Notes under the pieces: model-generated
The model's input: the letters and a program-made list of their open reading frames with translations, nothing else
The model's database searches: none
Told to the model about the DNA's origin: nothing
Origin: an uncultured delta proteobacterium
GTDB lineage: Bacteria; Desulfobacterota; Binatia; UBA9968
Length of the DNA stretch: 64,000 nucleotides
Direction of reading: 5' to 3'
Assembly: GCA_963840855.1 (NCBI GenBank)
Contig: CAWJBB010000030.1
Location: forward strand, 1 to 64,000
Translations under genes and position numbers: made by a program
In this document: positions 10,381-19,230 of the stretch, piece by piece
How positions within the stretch are numbered: the first letter of the stretch is position 1
How the letters are laid out: each line of letters starts with the position of its first letter

Positions 10381-10589
10381 TCGTGCGCCCCCGATTTTGT
10401 TGCCACGAAGTTTAGTCAAGTTCGGCATTGCGTTGGCACCAACTCGCCGGAGGACTACCAAGCTGCGGTCAATTATCTGGAAAAGATATTTGACGTGTTT
10501 GTTTCGAGCGCGATCATCGAGTCATGGAAGAATAAAAAATCATGACCTAAAACCGCCCTTCGCGGCGTACTCGCATCGCAGCCCCGAAT

Positions 10590-11735
10590 CTATTCGTAAA
10601 GCGACGGTGCCATGTTCGACTTGATGCCTTCTTTCGCGAGTTCCCCGGCGTAAATTCGTCTGATCTCCGAATCCTCTTCCTTGTAGTCGATGCAATCGCC
10701 GCCTTTGCTGACGCTCAAGGTAGTTTTGTATTTCCCCTCGGCGCCGAAGCTGCCGCGGAGCGCCAGATAACGCGTCGGCGTAGTGCTAGTTGGGAAATGA
10801 AAGTGGAACCAACCGGCGGGGGGAACGATGATGGTTCCCTTTTTCCACGGAATCTTCATCTTTTCATGCTCTTTTCCCGTCGGCCACATCAGGGAATAGC
10901 CTTTGCCATTGAGCAAGATGATATGCGCCCCGCCGCCATGCCGGTGCGCGCGCTTGTACTTGCCGACTTCAAACTCCGCGGCATGGCAGATCACTGTGTT
11001 ATTAGATAACTTGAAATGCATGCTGGCAAAGCCCTCGCCGGCGCCGGGCATCCGCTCGACTTCAACCGTGCGCACGTCCGCGATGAAGTTGGTTCTTAGG
11101 GTGTTGGATCGAGCCGGTTCTTTTCCCGCCAGGAAATCCTCGACGGAATTCCAGCGGGCATAATTATCTTCCCATCCCAGCGGGGTGGTTTTGGTGCTGA
11201 AGTAGTCGTCCTGGGCGTCGAATCTGTTTCTGAACACATAATCGTTATGAAAAACCAGATCGAGGTCGCGGAATAAATTCAATACGGTCGGCGCCATGGT
11301 CATGGCAATATATTTGGCGGGTTTGTCGCCCTGGCCGTTGAAGTGCTGGTACCAACAATTCAGCGGTGGCGAGAAGAGACTTCCTTCTTGCCATTCAAAA
11401 GTTCGTTTCGGTCCGCCCTCGTTCCACACCGTGGTCGCGCCGCGCCCTTCGAGAACATAAACCTGCTCTTCGTAGAAGTGCCTTTGCGGTTTGAGTTGCC
11501 CGCCCGCGGGAAGCTCGCATAGATAAAAATCGTTGATCTCTTCCGAGCCGACCAAATTGATAAAACACCCTTTCCCGCCTTTGCGTTCCCAGGGGCCAAG
11601 TGTAAGCTTGTCAATGTTTTCGACGGAGTATCCTTCAAAAACCGGGATTCCTTCGGTCGCTTGCCACTGTTTATAGAAGGTTTGCTTGACCTGTCGCACC
11701 TGGCCCGCGGCATCAATGAAGTATTTTTTTTCCAT
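10590..11735 (-). CDS. Bicupin protein (gentisate-1,2-dioxygenase-like fold)
   Basis: Two cupin motifs: QRHFYEEQVYVLEGRG...PPLNCWYQHFN and AHRHGGGAHII...PPAGWFHFHF. Confidence 0.8.
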   Translation of the reverse strand: MEKKYFIDAAGQVRQVKQTFYKQWQATEGIPVFEGYSVENIDKLTLGPWERKGGKGCFINLVGSEEINDFYLCELPAGGQLKPQRHFYEEQVYVLEGRGATTVWNEGGPKRTFEWQEGSLFSPPLNCWYQHFNGQGDKPAKYIAMTMAPTVLNLFRDLDLVFHNDYVFRNRFDAQDDYFSTKTTPLGWEDNYARWNSVEDFLAGKEPARSNTLRTNFIADVRTVEVERMPGAGEGFASMHFKLSNNTVICHAAEFEVGKYKRAHRHGGGAHIILLNGKGYSLMWPTGKEHEKMKIPWKKGTIIVPPAGWFHFHFPTSTTPTRYLALRGSFGAEGKYKTTLSVSKGGDCIDYKEEDSEIRRIYAGELAKEGIKSNMAPSLYE

Positions 11736-11800
11736 CTACAATCTCTCCTTGAGTTATTTTTTTGTCGTCGACCGGGTTTCCTACGAAAAGATGTTTCGCG

Positions 11801-12895
11801 TCATCTGGCTCCCGGTAGGCCGAGGATTTTCGCGTGTTCCTCGCTGTACTGTTCTAACTTGATGGCGCAATCCGCGCCGCATACCGCCATATATTTCCCT
11901 TTGGCCATTGGGTATTTCCTGGAGGTTGGAATCCAGGGAAAGCCACGGTAGCTGGTTTTCTCGATCAGGGGCTGAGCCCGTGTCGCAAGCCATAAAGCGA
12001 AGAGTTGAGTGGCTGCCGGGGTCGTGGACCAGCGCACAATATGCATCTCGGTGGTTACATCCAGAATGAAGGGATCCGGCAGTAAAAATACCAGGGGCGC
12101 CCCTTCGTCGATCATCGGCATGGCATTGTGATAGTTAGCCGCGCAGCTTATGACATACTCCCCGGCCGCGACCTTTTCCAAGTTTTCTCCCATGCCGCGA
12201 TTGAGAACTACTTTGTTGGCGACCAGTCCCTTCAGCCATTTCAGGAACCAATCCCTGGTTTTGGGGTCATGTTGGAAAGCCGCCAGGGTGGCGCGCGGAT
12301 CGTAGATGATTTTGCCGCGCCATTTTGGATCGAGGCAGTCATCCCAACCTTTGGGCGCCTGATCGGCGCGAACAAGATTTTTATTATAGGCGATTCCGCG
12401 AGCGCCTCCCGTGCTGGCCATATAAAGCCCTTGCGGGTCGAGGCTCCTTGGATCTGGCTGCACCCAACCCTGGGGCAGCGACCGAATTAGCTCTTTGTAA
12501 GGAAACCGCGGCACCATAAACATCTTTTCCTTGATGTATTCCGGCCACAATTCGTTGGAAATAAAGGGAATGTCGATATCGGGCGGGCGCCCCGACCTGA
12601 ACTCCATGAGCATGCGTTGCATCTGTTCCACCGTGCGCAGGCGCACGAAAGAGATCGTTTGAATAAACGGAAATTCTTTCTTGAACTCCTCGAGAACCGG
12701 CTTGGCTTGGGCGTCCGTCCAAGTTATGCCGATGACGAGCTTGCCGCCCTTTTTTTCCACCTCTGTTTTTGCGGCTTCGATTAGCTGTGAAAACGCACTG
12801 CTTTGTGCGACCGCTGTCGAAGTAAGGTAGACCAGGCTCCCTAGGATCGTCCCGGCCAGAAGAAAGCTGAAATTGCGTCTTAATCGCATCGACAC
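11801..12895 (-). CDS. AfuA/FbpA-like extracellular solute-binding protein
   Basis: Signal peptide; IAYNKNLV...PKGWDDCLDPKWRGK; paralog of 17035..18120. Confidence 0.85.
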   Translation of the reverse strand: MSMRLRRNFSFLLAGTILGSLVYLTSTAVAQSSAFSQLIEAAKTEVEKKGGKLVIGITWTDAQAKPVLEEFKKEFPFIQTISFVRLRTVEQMQRMLMEFRSGRPPDIDIPFISNELWPEYIKEKMFMVPRFPYKELIRSLPQGWVQPDPRSLDPQGLYMASTGGARGIAYNKNLVRADQAPKGWDDCLDPKWRGKIIYDPRATLAAFQHDPKTRDWFLKWLKGLVANKVVLNRGMGENLEKVAAGEYVISCAANYHNAMPMIDEGAPLVFLLPDPFILDVTTEMHIVRWSTTPAATQLFALWLATRAQPLIEKTSYRGFPWIPTSRKYPMAKGKYMAVCGADCAIKLEQYSEEHAKILGLPGAR

Positions 12896-13200
12896 ACACC
12901 CCTTTTTCCGAAGTGGAATCCGTCGTTACCTTTTGTTCATGAACGAGAGATCATGAAAAGGCTCGTCGGATTGCTGCAACGAAACTATGCTTTGAAAGAT
13001 CTTGTTGTCAAGGTTCGCCGTGCTCTGCGGCAGCTGCAAAAGAGGAAGATTTCTCCATCGCCGCGCAGGAAATCTCGAATCCTGCCTGCCGATTCCCATT
13101 GACAGTTTCCGCTCGTTTGATAAATGAGACTTCGACGCCACCTCAGCGGCTGCGTGAGCCTGTAAGTGCGTGCCGGATGAAAAACCTTTTGGAGGTAAAT

Positions 13201-14274
13201 ATGAAAAGATTCGTCGGACGCGGAAGCTACCGATTGATCGCGTCCATTTTCGTGACGCTCCTTTTCGTTGCGGCGCCGCTATCCATCGAGGCGGCGGAAA
13301 AATCCATCAGCGAGAGAAATGTTGCGGAACTCATAGACGGAGCCAAGAAGGAGGGAAAGCTCGTTGTCTGGGACACAACTAGAGGAAGGGGGAAAGAGCA
13401 CTTTCGCGCCTTCGAAAAAAGATATCCCTTTATCAAAGTCGAGCAAGCGCTCGTCCATAGCGACGAGGTCGTGCAGAAAGTCACCATGGAGCTGCGTGCC
13501 GGGAGGAAGCCGACCGCCGACGTGATCGCGTGTAACAGCGTATCCTATGAACAGGGGAAGAAGGACGGTGTGTTCACAAGCTTCCCGTGGCGCAAGGTCT
13601 TCAAGGATATACCCGCCGAAGCGATCGACAAAGACAACCTGGGAGTCGGCGCCTACGGCAACATCTGGACAATGGCCTACAACACTAAACTAGTGCCCAA
13701 GGATAAACTCCCGAAAACCTATGACGATCTTCTCAATCCCGAATGGCGCGGTAAATTGGCCGCCGACATCCGGGTCAACCCGTGGGCTTATATCGTTTCT
13801 ACAGGGGTTTGGAGTCTTGAAAAGGGTGAAGCCTACGTAAAAAGACTCAAGGAGAACCAACCGAAGTTCGGCCGGGGAGGGACGGCCATTTCCCAGCTTC
13901 TCATCGCGGGAGATTTTCAAATAGCGCCCGTTTACATTTTCAACATTATCGAAGCCAGAAAGACGGGCGCACCGATCGATTGGATTCCGATGGAACCGAT
14001 TGGCGGCAATATTGCCGGTCGCGCCATACCGAGAGGAGCGCCGCGTCCCAACGCCGCAGTGCTGTATGTTGCCTGGTTGGTATCTCCCGAAGGCCAGAAG
14101 GTTTATGAAGATACCGAAGGCCGGGCCTTGCCCTATGACGGTCTGGGCACCGAAATGTCGAAAATGCTCGCCGGTAAGAAACTAGCCGTCCTGGGCTGGG
14201 GCGATACCGAAAAAGCTCTCAAACACGACGACATCGAAGACAAACTCATGACACTCCTGGGTTCGAAGAAGTGA
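13201..14274 (+). CDS. AfuA/FbpA-like extracellular solute-binding protein
   Basis: SD ggaggt; signal peptide; AKKEGKL, YNTKLV...PKTYDDLLNPEWRGK, APRPNAA. Confidence 0.85.
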   Translation: MKRFVGRGSYRLIASIFVTLLFVAAPLSIEAAEKSISERNVAELIDGAKKEGKLVVWDTTRGRGKEHFRAFEKRYPFIKVEQALVHSDEVVQKVTMELRAGRKPTADVIACNSVSYEQGKKDGVFTSFPWRKVFKDIPAEAIDKDNLGVGAYGNIWTMAYNTKLVPKDKLPKTYDDLLNPEWRGKLAADIRVNPWAYIVSTGVWSLEKGEAYVKRLKENQPKFGRGGTAISQLLIAGDFQIAPVYIFNIIEARKTGAPIDWIPMEPIGGNIAGRAIPRGAPRPNAAVLYVAWLVSPEGQKVYEDTEGRALPYDGLGTEMSKMLAGKKLAVLGWGDTEKALKHDDIEDKLMTLLGSKK

Positions 14275-14299
14275 CATAAGTATGCTCATAGGCACCTGA

Positions 14300-16048
14300 G
14301 TGCAGGACTATCCTTCGTCCCTGGTACTAAGACGGTTTCCACGGCTGTTCGCAAGGCCCAGGTGGTCCAACCTATTGATCCCTGGGCTCGTCGGCCTGGT
14401 AGTGTATCTGGTCGCTATACCTTTGGGCCTGTTAATAGTCGGCGGTTTCAGCCGCGGAACCCCCGGTGATTTCACTCAACTGACGTTCGCCAACTACATC
14501 AAATCGTACGGCAGTCCGGCTCTCTTCGAGCTCTTTTACAATACGTTCGTGTTCGCCACCGGATCGGTTCTTCTTGCTCTTCCCGTCGCCGTAATCTTTG
14601 CCTGGCTCATCGAGCGCACCAACACCCCGTTGCGCAACGTTGCGTACGCGTTTGTGATCGCTCCCGTCGCCATGCCCGGCATGCTGCTGTCGATGTCCTG
14701 GGTGCTATTGATGAGTCCCAACGTCGGGATCATCAACCGAACGCTGATGTTTGTCTTCGGCCTGGAGGCCGCCCCGTTTAACATCTATTCCCTTGGCGGC
14801 ATGATATTCACCGAAGGACTGAGGCTTGTTCCCACGACGTTTCTTTTGCTGGTGGGAGCCTTTCGCGCCATGGACCCGTCCCTCGAGGAAGCGGCCCTGG
14901 TTTCGGGTGCCAACAAACTCGTCACCACCCTGCGCGTCACCCTGCGCATCTTGCTGCCGGCGATTCTGACAGCCACCATTTACATCTTTATGACGGCGAT
15001 CGAGAGCTTCGAGATTCCCGGCGTGCTCGGCCTGCGCAATGGAATTTTAGTGTTCAGCTCAAAAATCTACTACGCGACCACCTCGTCCTACGGCGGCGGT
15101 GCGAATTACGGCGAGGCAAGCGCGCTAAGCTCGACCTACCTGGTGATCAGTATTTTGTTGATCTACTTGTACCAGCGTTCGACGCGGCGCAGCGAGAGGT
15201 TTGCGACGGTGACGGGAAAAGGCTATCGCCCCAGACTCATGGATCTAGGCATGTGGAAATATGTCGCCCTGTTCTTTTTCGTCCTGTATTTTTGTCTCGC
15301 CGTGCTGTTTCCGATTCTCATCATGTTCTGGGCGAGTTTAATCCCGTTCTACCAAGCGCCCTCCTTCGAGGCCTTATCCGTTGTTTCTTTCTCAAGCTAT
15401 CGAGATCTTCTGGACGACGCTGAAGTCGCCAAGGCCGTGCGCAACACGGCTTGGCTGATGTTAGAGTCCGCCGGGGTAACGACCTTGCTCGCGACCACCA
15501 TCGCCTGGGTGGTGTTGCGCTCCAAGTTTCCGGGACGGCGCACGCTCGATGTCCTGACCTTTCTTCCCCACGCTGTCCCGAGCGTCGTTCTAGCTTTGGC
15601 CCTGGTTTACGTGTACCTAACCTTCGATTTCATCCCGATTTACGGCACGTCGTTGATTATACTCGTAGCCTTCGTTACGAAATACCTGCCTTTTAGCATG
15701 CGGACGTTGAGCGCCGGAATTATTCAGATTCACAAGGAACTTGAGGAAGCGGCGCGCGTCAGCGGCGCGCTGCCGACTACGGTCCTCAGAAAAATCGTCA
15801 TTCCACTGCTGCTCCCCACGATGGCGGGGGTAGCTATCTGGGTTGCCGTCCACGCGATGCGGGAGCTATCCATGGCGCTGATGCTTAACTCTACCTCGAA
15901 TAACGTCATCTCCTTTCTCGTCTGGTCTCACTGGGAGGCCGGTGAGTTACGTCATGCGGCCACCCTGGGAGTCGTGTTGATCGCGATCATGCTCCTAATG
16001 ACCTTTATCGGCCGATACTTGGCCACGAGAGGAATGAAAGTAGAGTAG
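14300..16048 (+). CDS. FbpB-type ABC permease (duplicated TM domain)
   Basis: Two EAA loops (MDPSLEEAALVSGA; IHKELEEAARVSGA); ATVTGKGYRP linker. Confidence 0.9.
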   Translation: MQDYPSSLVLRRFPRLFARPRWSNLLIPGLVGLVVYLVAIPLGLLIVGGFSRGTPGDFTQLTFANYIKSYGSPALFELFYNTFVFATGSVLLALPVAVIFAWLIERTNTPLRNVAYAFVIAPVAMPGMLLSMSWVLLMSPNVGIINRTLMFVFGLEAAPFNIYSLGGMIFTEGLRLVPTTFLLLVGAFRAMDPSLEEAALVSGANKLVTTLRVTLRILLPAILTATIYIFMTAIESFEIPGVLGLRNGILVFSSKIYYATTSSYGGGANYGEASALSSTYLVISILLIYLYQRSTRRSERFATVTGKGYRPRLMDLGMWKYVALFFFVLYFCLAVLFPILIMFWASLIPFYQAPSFEALSVVSFSSYRDLLDDAEVAKAVRNTAWLMLESAGVTTLLATTIAWVVLRSKFPGRRTLDVLTFLPHAVPSVVLALALVYVYLTFDFIPIYGTSLIILVAFVTKYLPFSMRTLSAGIIQIHKELEEAARVSGALPTTVLRKIVIPLLLPTMAGVAIWVAVHAMRELSMALMLNSTSNNVISFLVWSHWEAGELRHAATLGVVLIAIMLLMTFIGRYLATRGMKVE

Positions 16049-16054
16049 CCGGCT

Positions 16055-16930
16055 ATGCTTATCGCCATGCCTTACCCAACCATGACTTTTCTGCCGCTGT
16101 TGGTGGCGGAGGAAAAGGGCTTCTTTGCTGCCCAAGACGTAAACGCTTATTGCGTTCAAGTTCAGACCCACGGCGGCCAAACACTGGCGCAATTAGTCGA
16201 TAGTGGAGAAGTGGGTTTTCTCACTTCTTTGACGAACGCCATGGAGGCGGTGCTTTGCGACGGTCACGGCATCAAGTTTTTATGCGCCACGAGCTTGACG
16301 AAATTTCCTTGCGTGGCGCGGCCGGAAATCCGTTCCATCGCCGATCTCAAGGGGAAGAAAGTCATGTCTGGAGGCGGCCGGTCGAATACCGACCTGCGCT
16401 TCCTTTGCTCCCGTTACGGGTTGCGCCCGGGCGTCGACGTCGAGGTTGTTCAGGGCGACAGCGTCGGACGCGCCAAAGCGTTCGAAGACCCAACGATTGC
16501 AGCGGTGTTTGCCCGAAGCCAATTTCTCTACTGGGGGACAAAGGCGGGTTTTCGACCGCTTCATTATCCTGACCCCGGCATGGGCTGGTACGAAGGCGGA
16601 TTGGCCGCGGGAGTTTCTCTGGTTACTCGGCATCCCGATGTTATTCAGAAGGTCGTGAACGCGGTGGTGCGAGCCACCGACTTTTTAAAGACCAACGAGA
16701 AAGAAGCGGTTGAAGTCGCGTTAAAAAGGATTCCCCAGCTGAATCGCGATGAAGCGGAAGGAAACTACGCAATCCTGCGCGAGGGCTTCGTCGATAACCT
16801 CGAGCCTTCGGTGATCGATTACATGTCAAACGTCGTGGGCACGGTAAAAGCTAGCCCGCGACGCGTCACGCTGGAAGAAGTTGCAGATTTATCGTTTCTG
16901 CGCGAAGCGCATCGACGAGTGAAATCATAA
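16055..16930 (+). CDS. NMT1-like SBP-fold protein without signal peptide
   Basis: LPLLVAEEKGFF, SIADLKGKKV, EVADLSFL; no hydrophobic leader. Confidence 0.7.
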   Translation: MLIAMPYPTMTFLPLLVAEEKGFFAAQDVNAYCVQVQTHGGQTLAQLVDSGEVGFLTSLTNAMEAVLCDGHGIKFLCATSLTKFPCVARPEIRSIADLKGKKVMSGGGRSNTDLRFLCSRYGLRPGVDVEVVQGDSVGRAKAFEDPTIAAVFARSQFLYWGTKAGFRPLHYPDPGMGWYEGGLAAGVSLVTRHPDVIQKVVNAVVRATDFLKTNEKEAVEVALKRIPQLNRDEAEGNYAILREGFVDNLEPSVIDYMSNVVGTVKASPRRVTLEEVADLSFLREAHRRVKS

Positions 16931-17034
16931 TGCTCGCCAGAATTGTTCGAGCCAGATTAGCGTTCGAAAAGTAAGCCTCCTCACAAATTGGGTTCAGAAC
17001 GTTTTGAACGATTGGAATTATTTGAACGTTGCTG

Positions 17035-18120
17035 CTATTTGGCGCCCGGCAGCTTCATGATCCGGGCGTGCTCCAGATCGTATTTCTCTGCCGCCAGGCG
17101 CAAACATTCCGGAGCACAAACTGCAATGTATTTACCTTTAGCCATGGGATACTTGCGTGAAGTAGGATCCCAGGGAAAGCCGCGATAGCCGGCTTTTTCA
17201 ACCACCGGTTGGGCTTTGGTGGCGGCCCAAAGGGCAAAAAGCTGGGTGGTTGCCGGCAGCGTCCACTTCAATACAAACATCTGCGTGCCCAATTCCAAAG
17301 GGATCGGATCAGCGAGAACGAATCCAATCGGCGCTCCCTCGTCTATCATAGGCACCGCGTTATGATAATTGGCGGCGCAGTTGATCGGAAACTCTCCCGC
17401 CGCGACCTTCTGCAGGTTCTCATCCATCCCCCGGTTGAGAACCACTTTGTTCTCGAGAAGTCCTTTCAACCACTTGAGGTGTGCGTCACGGGTCTTGGGA
17501 TCATGTTGCAGGGACGTCAACTTGGGACGCGGGTCGTAAAGAACCTTGCCGCGCCACAGCGGATCTAGACAGTCTTCCCATTTTTTCGGCGCCTTGTCGG
17601 GCAGAACCAGGCTGGTGTTATAGGCTATGCCGCGCACCGCGCCCGTGGTCGCGAGAAAATAACCGTTGGGGTCGATCACCCGGGGATCCAGAGCTGGCCA
17701 GCCCTGGGGCAAAACTTTTGCCAGCGTCTGGTATTCAAACGGCGGTTTTACAAATGCACCGGCCTCTTGATAGGTGGGCCACAACTCGTCCGAGACGGTA
17801 GACACATCGATTTGTTGCGCCCGCCCGGCTTTGAATTCCATGAGCGCGCGCTGGGCATCTTCGACTGTGCGCAGACGTTCAAATTTTGTTTCTTTGACGA
17901 AAGAAAAATCTTTTTTGAACTCCTCGACGATGGCTTTGCCCTGGGGGTTCGTCCAGTTGAGAGCAATGGTGAGCTTTCCTCCTTTTTTGGCCACCTCAGA
18001 TTTCGATCCTTCGACCAATTGATTGTATAGATTGCCCGACTGGGCAAGCACGACCTCGCCGCAGAGCAAGAATATCGCAGCGGCCAAACTCAACACTCGA
18101 AACCATTTCAATGTCTGCAT
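17035..18120 (-). CDS. AfuA/FbpA-like extracellular solute-binding protein
   Basis: Signal peptide; close paralog of 11801..12895 (CAANYH, YPMAKGKY.AVC). Confidence 0.85.
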   Translation of the reverse strand: MQTLKWFRVLSLAAAIFLLCGEVVLAQSGNLYNQLVEGSKSEVAKKGGKLTIALNWTNPQGKAIVEEFKKDFSFVKETKFERLRTVEDAQRALMEFKAGRAQQIDVSTVSDELWPTYQEAGAFVKPPFEYQTLAKVLPQGWPALDPRVIDPNGYFLATTGAVRGIAYNTSLVLPDKAPKKWEDCLDPLWRGKVLYDPRPKLTSLQHDPKTRDAHLKWLKGLLENKVVLNRGMDENLQKVAAGEFPINCAANYHNAVPMIDEGAPIGFVLADPIPLELGTQMFVLKWTLPATTQLFALWAATKAQPVVEKAGYRGFPWDPTSRKYPMAKGKYIAVCAPECLRLAAEKYDLEHARIMKLPGAK

Positions 18121-18259
18121 TGAACTTTCCTCGTTTTCTTGTCGAACCGTATCCTGACCTCGCTCTGACTGTCAATCCGGAATCGGGATTTGACTCCCTG
18201 ATACACCGATAGTAACTATGCCTAATCATTCATGCGATCCAGCAAAGGAACCTCTAGTT

Positions 18260-19091
18260 ATGTCCAAGTCCGCTTATCAAGAATACGCTTTCGAAGATTA
18301 CGTGATCGCGGAGCAGCCGTTCTATATTCCCGTCGGTCCAGAAGTGGAGGTGTTTGAAGCGGCCTACGCCAAGAAACTTCCGGTCCTGCTCAAAGGTCCC
18401 ACCGGTTGCGGCAAGACCCGCTTTGCAGAATACATGGCGCACCGCCTCGGACCCGTGCCGCTCATCACCGTAGCGTGTCACGAGGATCTGACTGCGACGG
18501 ACTTGGTTGGTCGCTACTTGCTCGAAGGGCAGGAAACCCGCTGGTTGGACGGCCCCTTGACCCGTGCCGTCAAAGCCGGGGCGATCTGCTACCTCGACGA
18601 GATCGTCGAGGCGCGCAAAGACACCACGGTGCTGATACACCCGCTCACCGATCACCGGCGCATTCTACCCATCGAGCGGCGCGGCCAGGTGATTCAGGCC
18701 AACGAAAATTTTCTACTGGTGATTTCGTATAACCCCGGTTATCAAACGGTGCTCAAAGACCTGAAACACAGCACGCGCCAGCGCTTCGTTGCCATCGAGT
18801 TCGACTACCCGCCCGAGGAACTGGAACGAGAAATTGTCCGTCACGAAAGCGGCTTGTCGGAGGAGACCGGCGGATCGCTTAGCTTGTCTGGGCGCCAAGG
18901 TGCGCAATTTGCGGGAGCATGGGCTCCAGGAGGGAGTCAGCACTCGTCTGCTCATCTACGCCGGGACATTAATGAGCAGCGGAATTGCGCCCCGCCTGGC
19001 CTGCCAGGTCGCCGTGGTGCAGGCATTGACGGACGACAAAGAAGTTGCCCAGAGCTTGCAGGAAGTCGTCGACGCAATCTTTCCGGAATAA
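18260..19091 (+). pseudogene. cbbQ: CbbQ/NirQ/NorQ-family MoxR AAA+ ATPase, single frameshift near 18868
   Basis: [26 protein letters not shown]; C-terminal domain ([31 protein letters not shown]...) continues in another frame to TAA 19091. Confidence 0.85.
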
Positions 19092-19222
19092 GGGGGTTGC
19101 TGAAAGACTCTTGGAGTCCTTCGATGTGCTCAGGACGAACGGAAATAGTTCTGAACCGGTTGATTAAATTCCGTTCATGCTGAGCTTGTCGAAGCATGTT
19201 CCCAATTTTTTTGCTGCATGTT
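19092..19222. repeat. REP doublet (CTTCGA..GCTCAG..GAACGG family) inside a MITE-like element
   Basis: 19119-19144 cttcgatgtgctcaggacgaacggaa is inverted to 19169-19194 ttccgttcatgctgagcttgtcgaag; related half-sites at 6277-6300 and 50725-50744. Confidence 0.7.
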
Positions 19223-19230
19223 CGGTCCAT

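Noticed and set aside
18870-19183. Gly/Arg-rich C-terminal extension of CbbQ in the ORF track
   Set aside because: Product of the frameshift; the true C-terminus is in the frame ending at 19091
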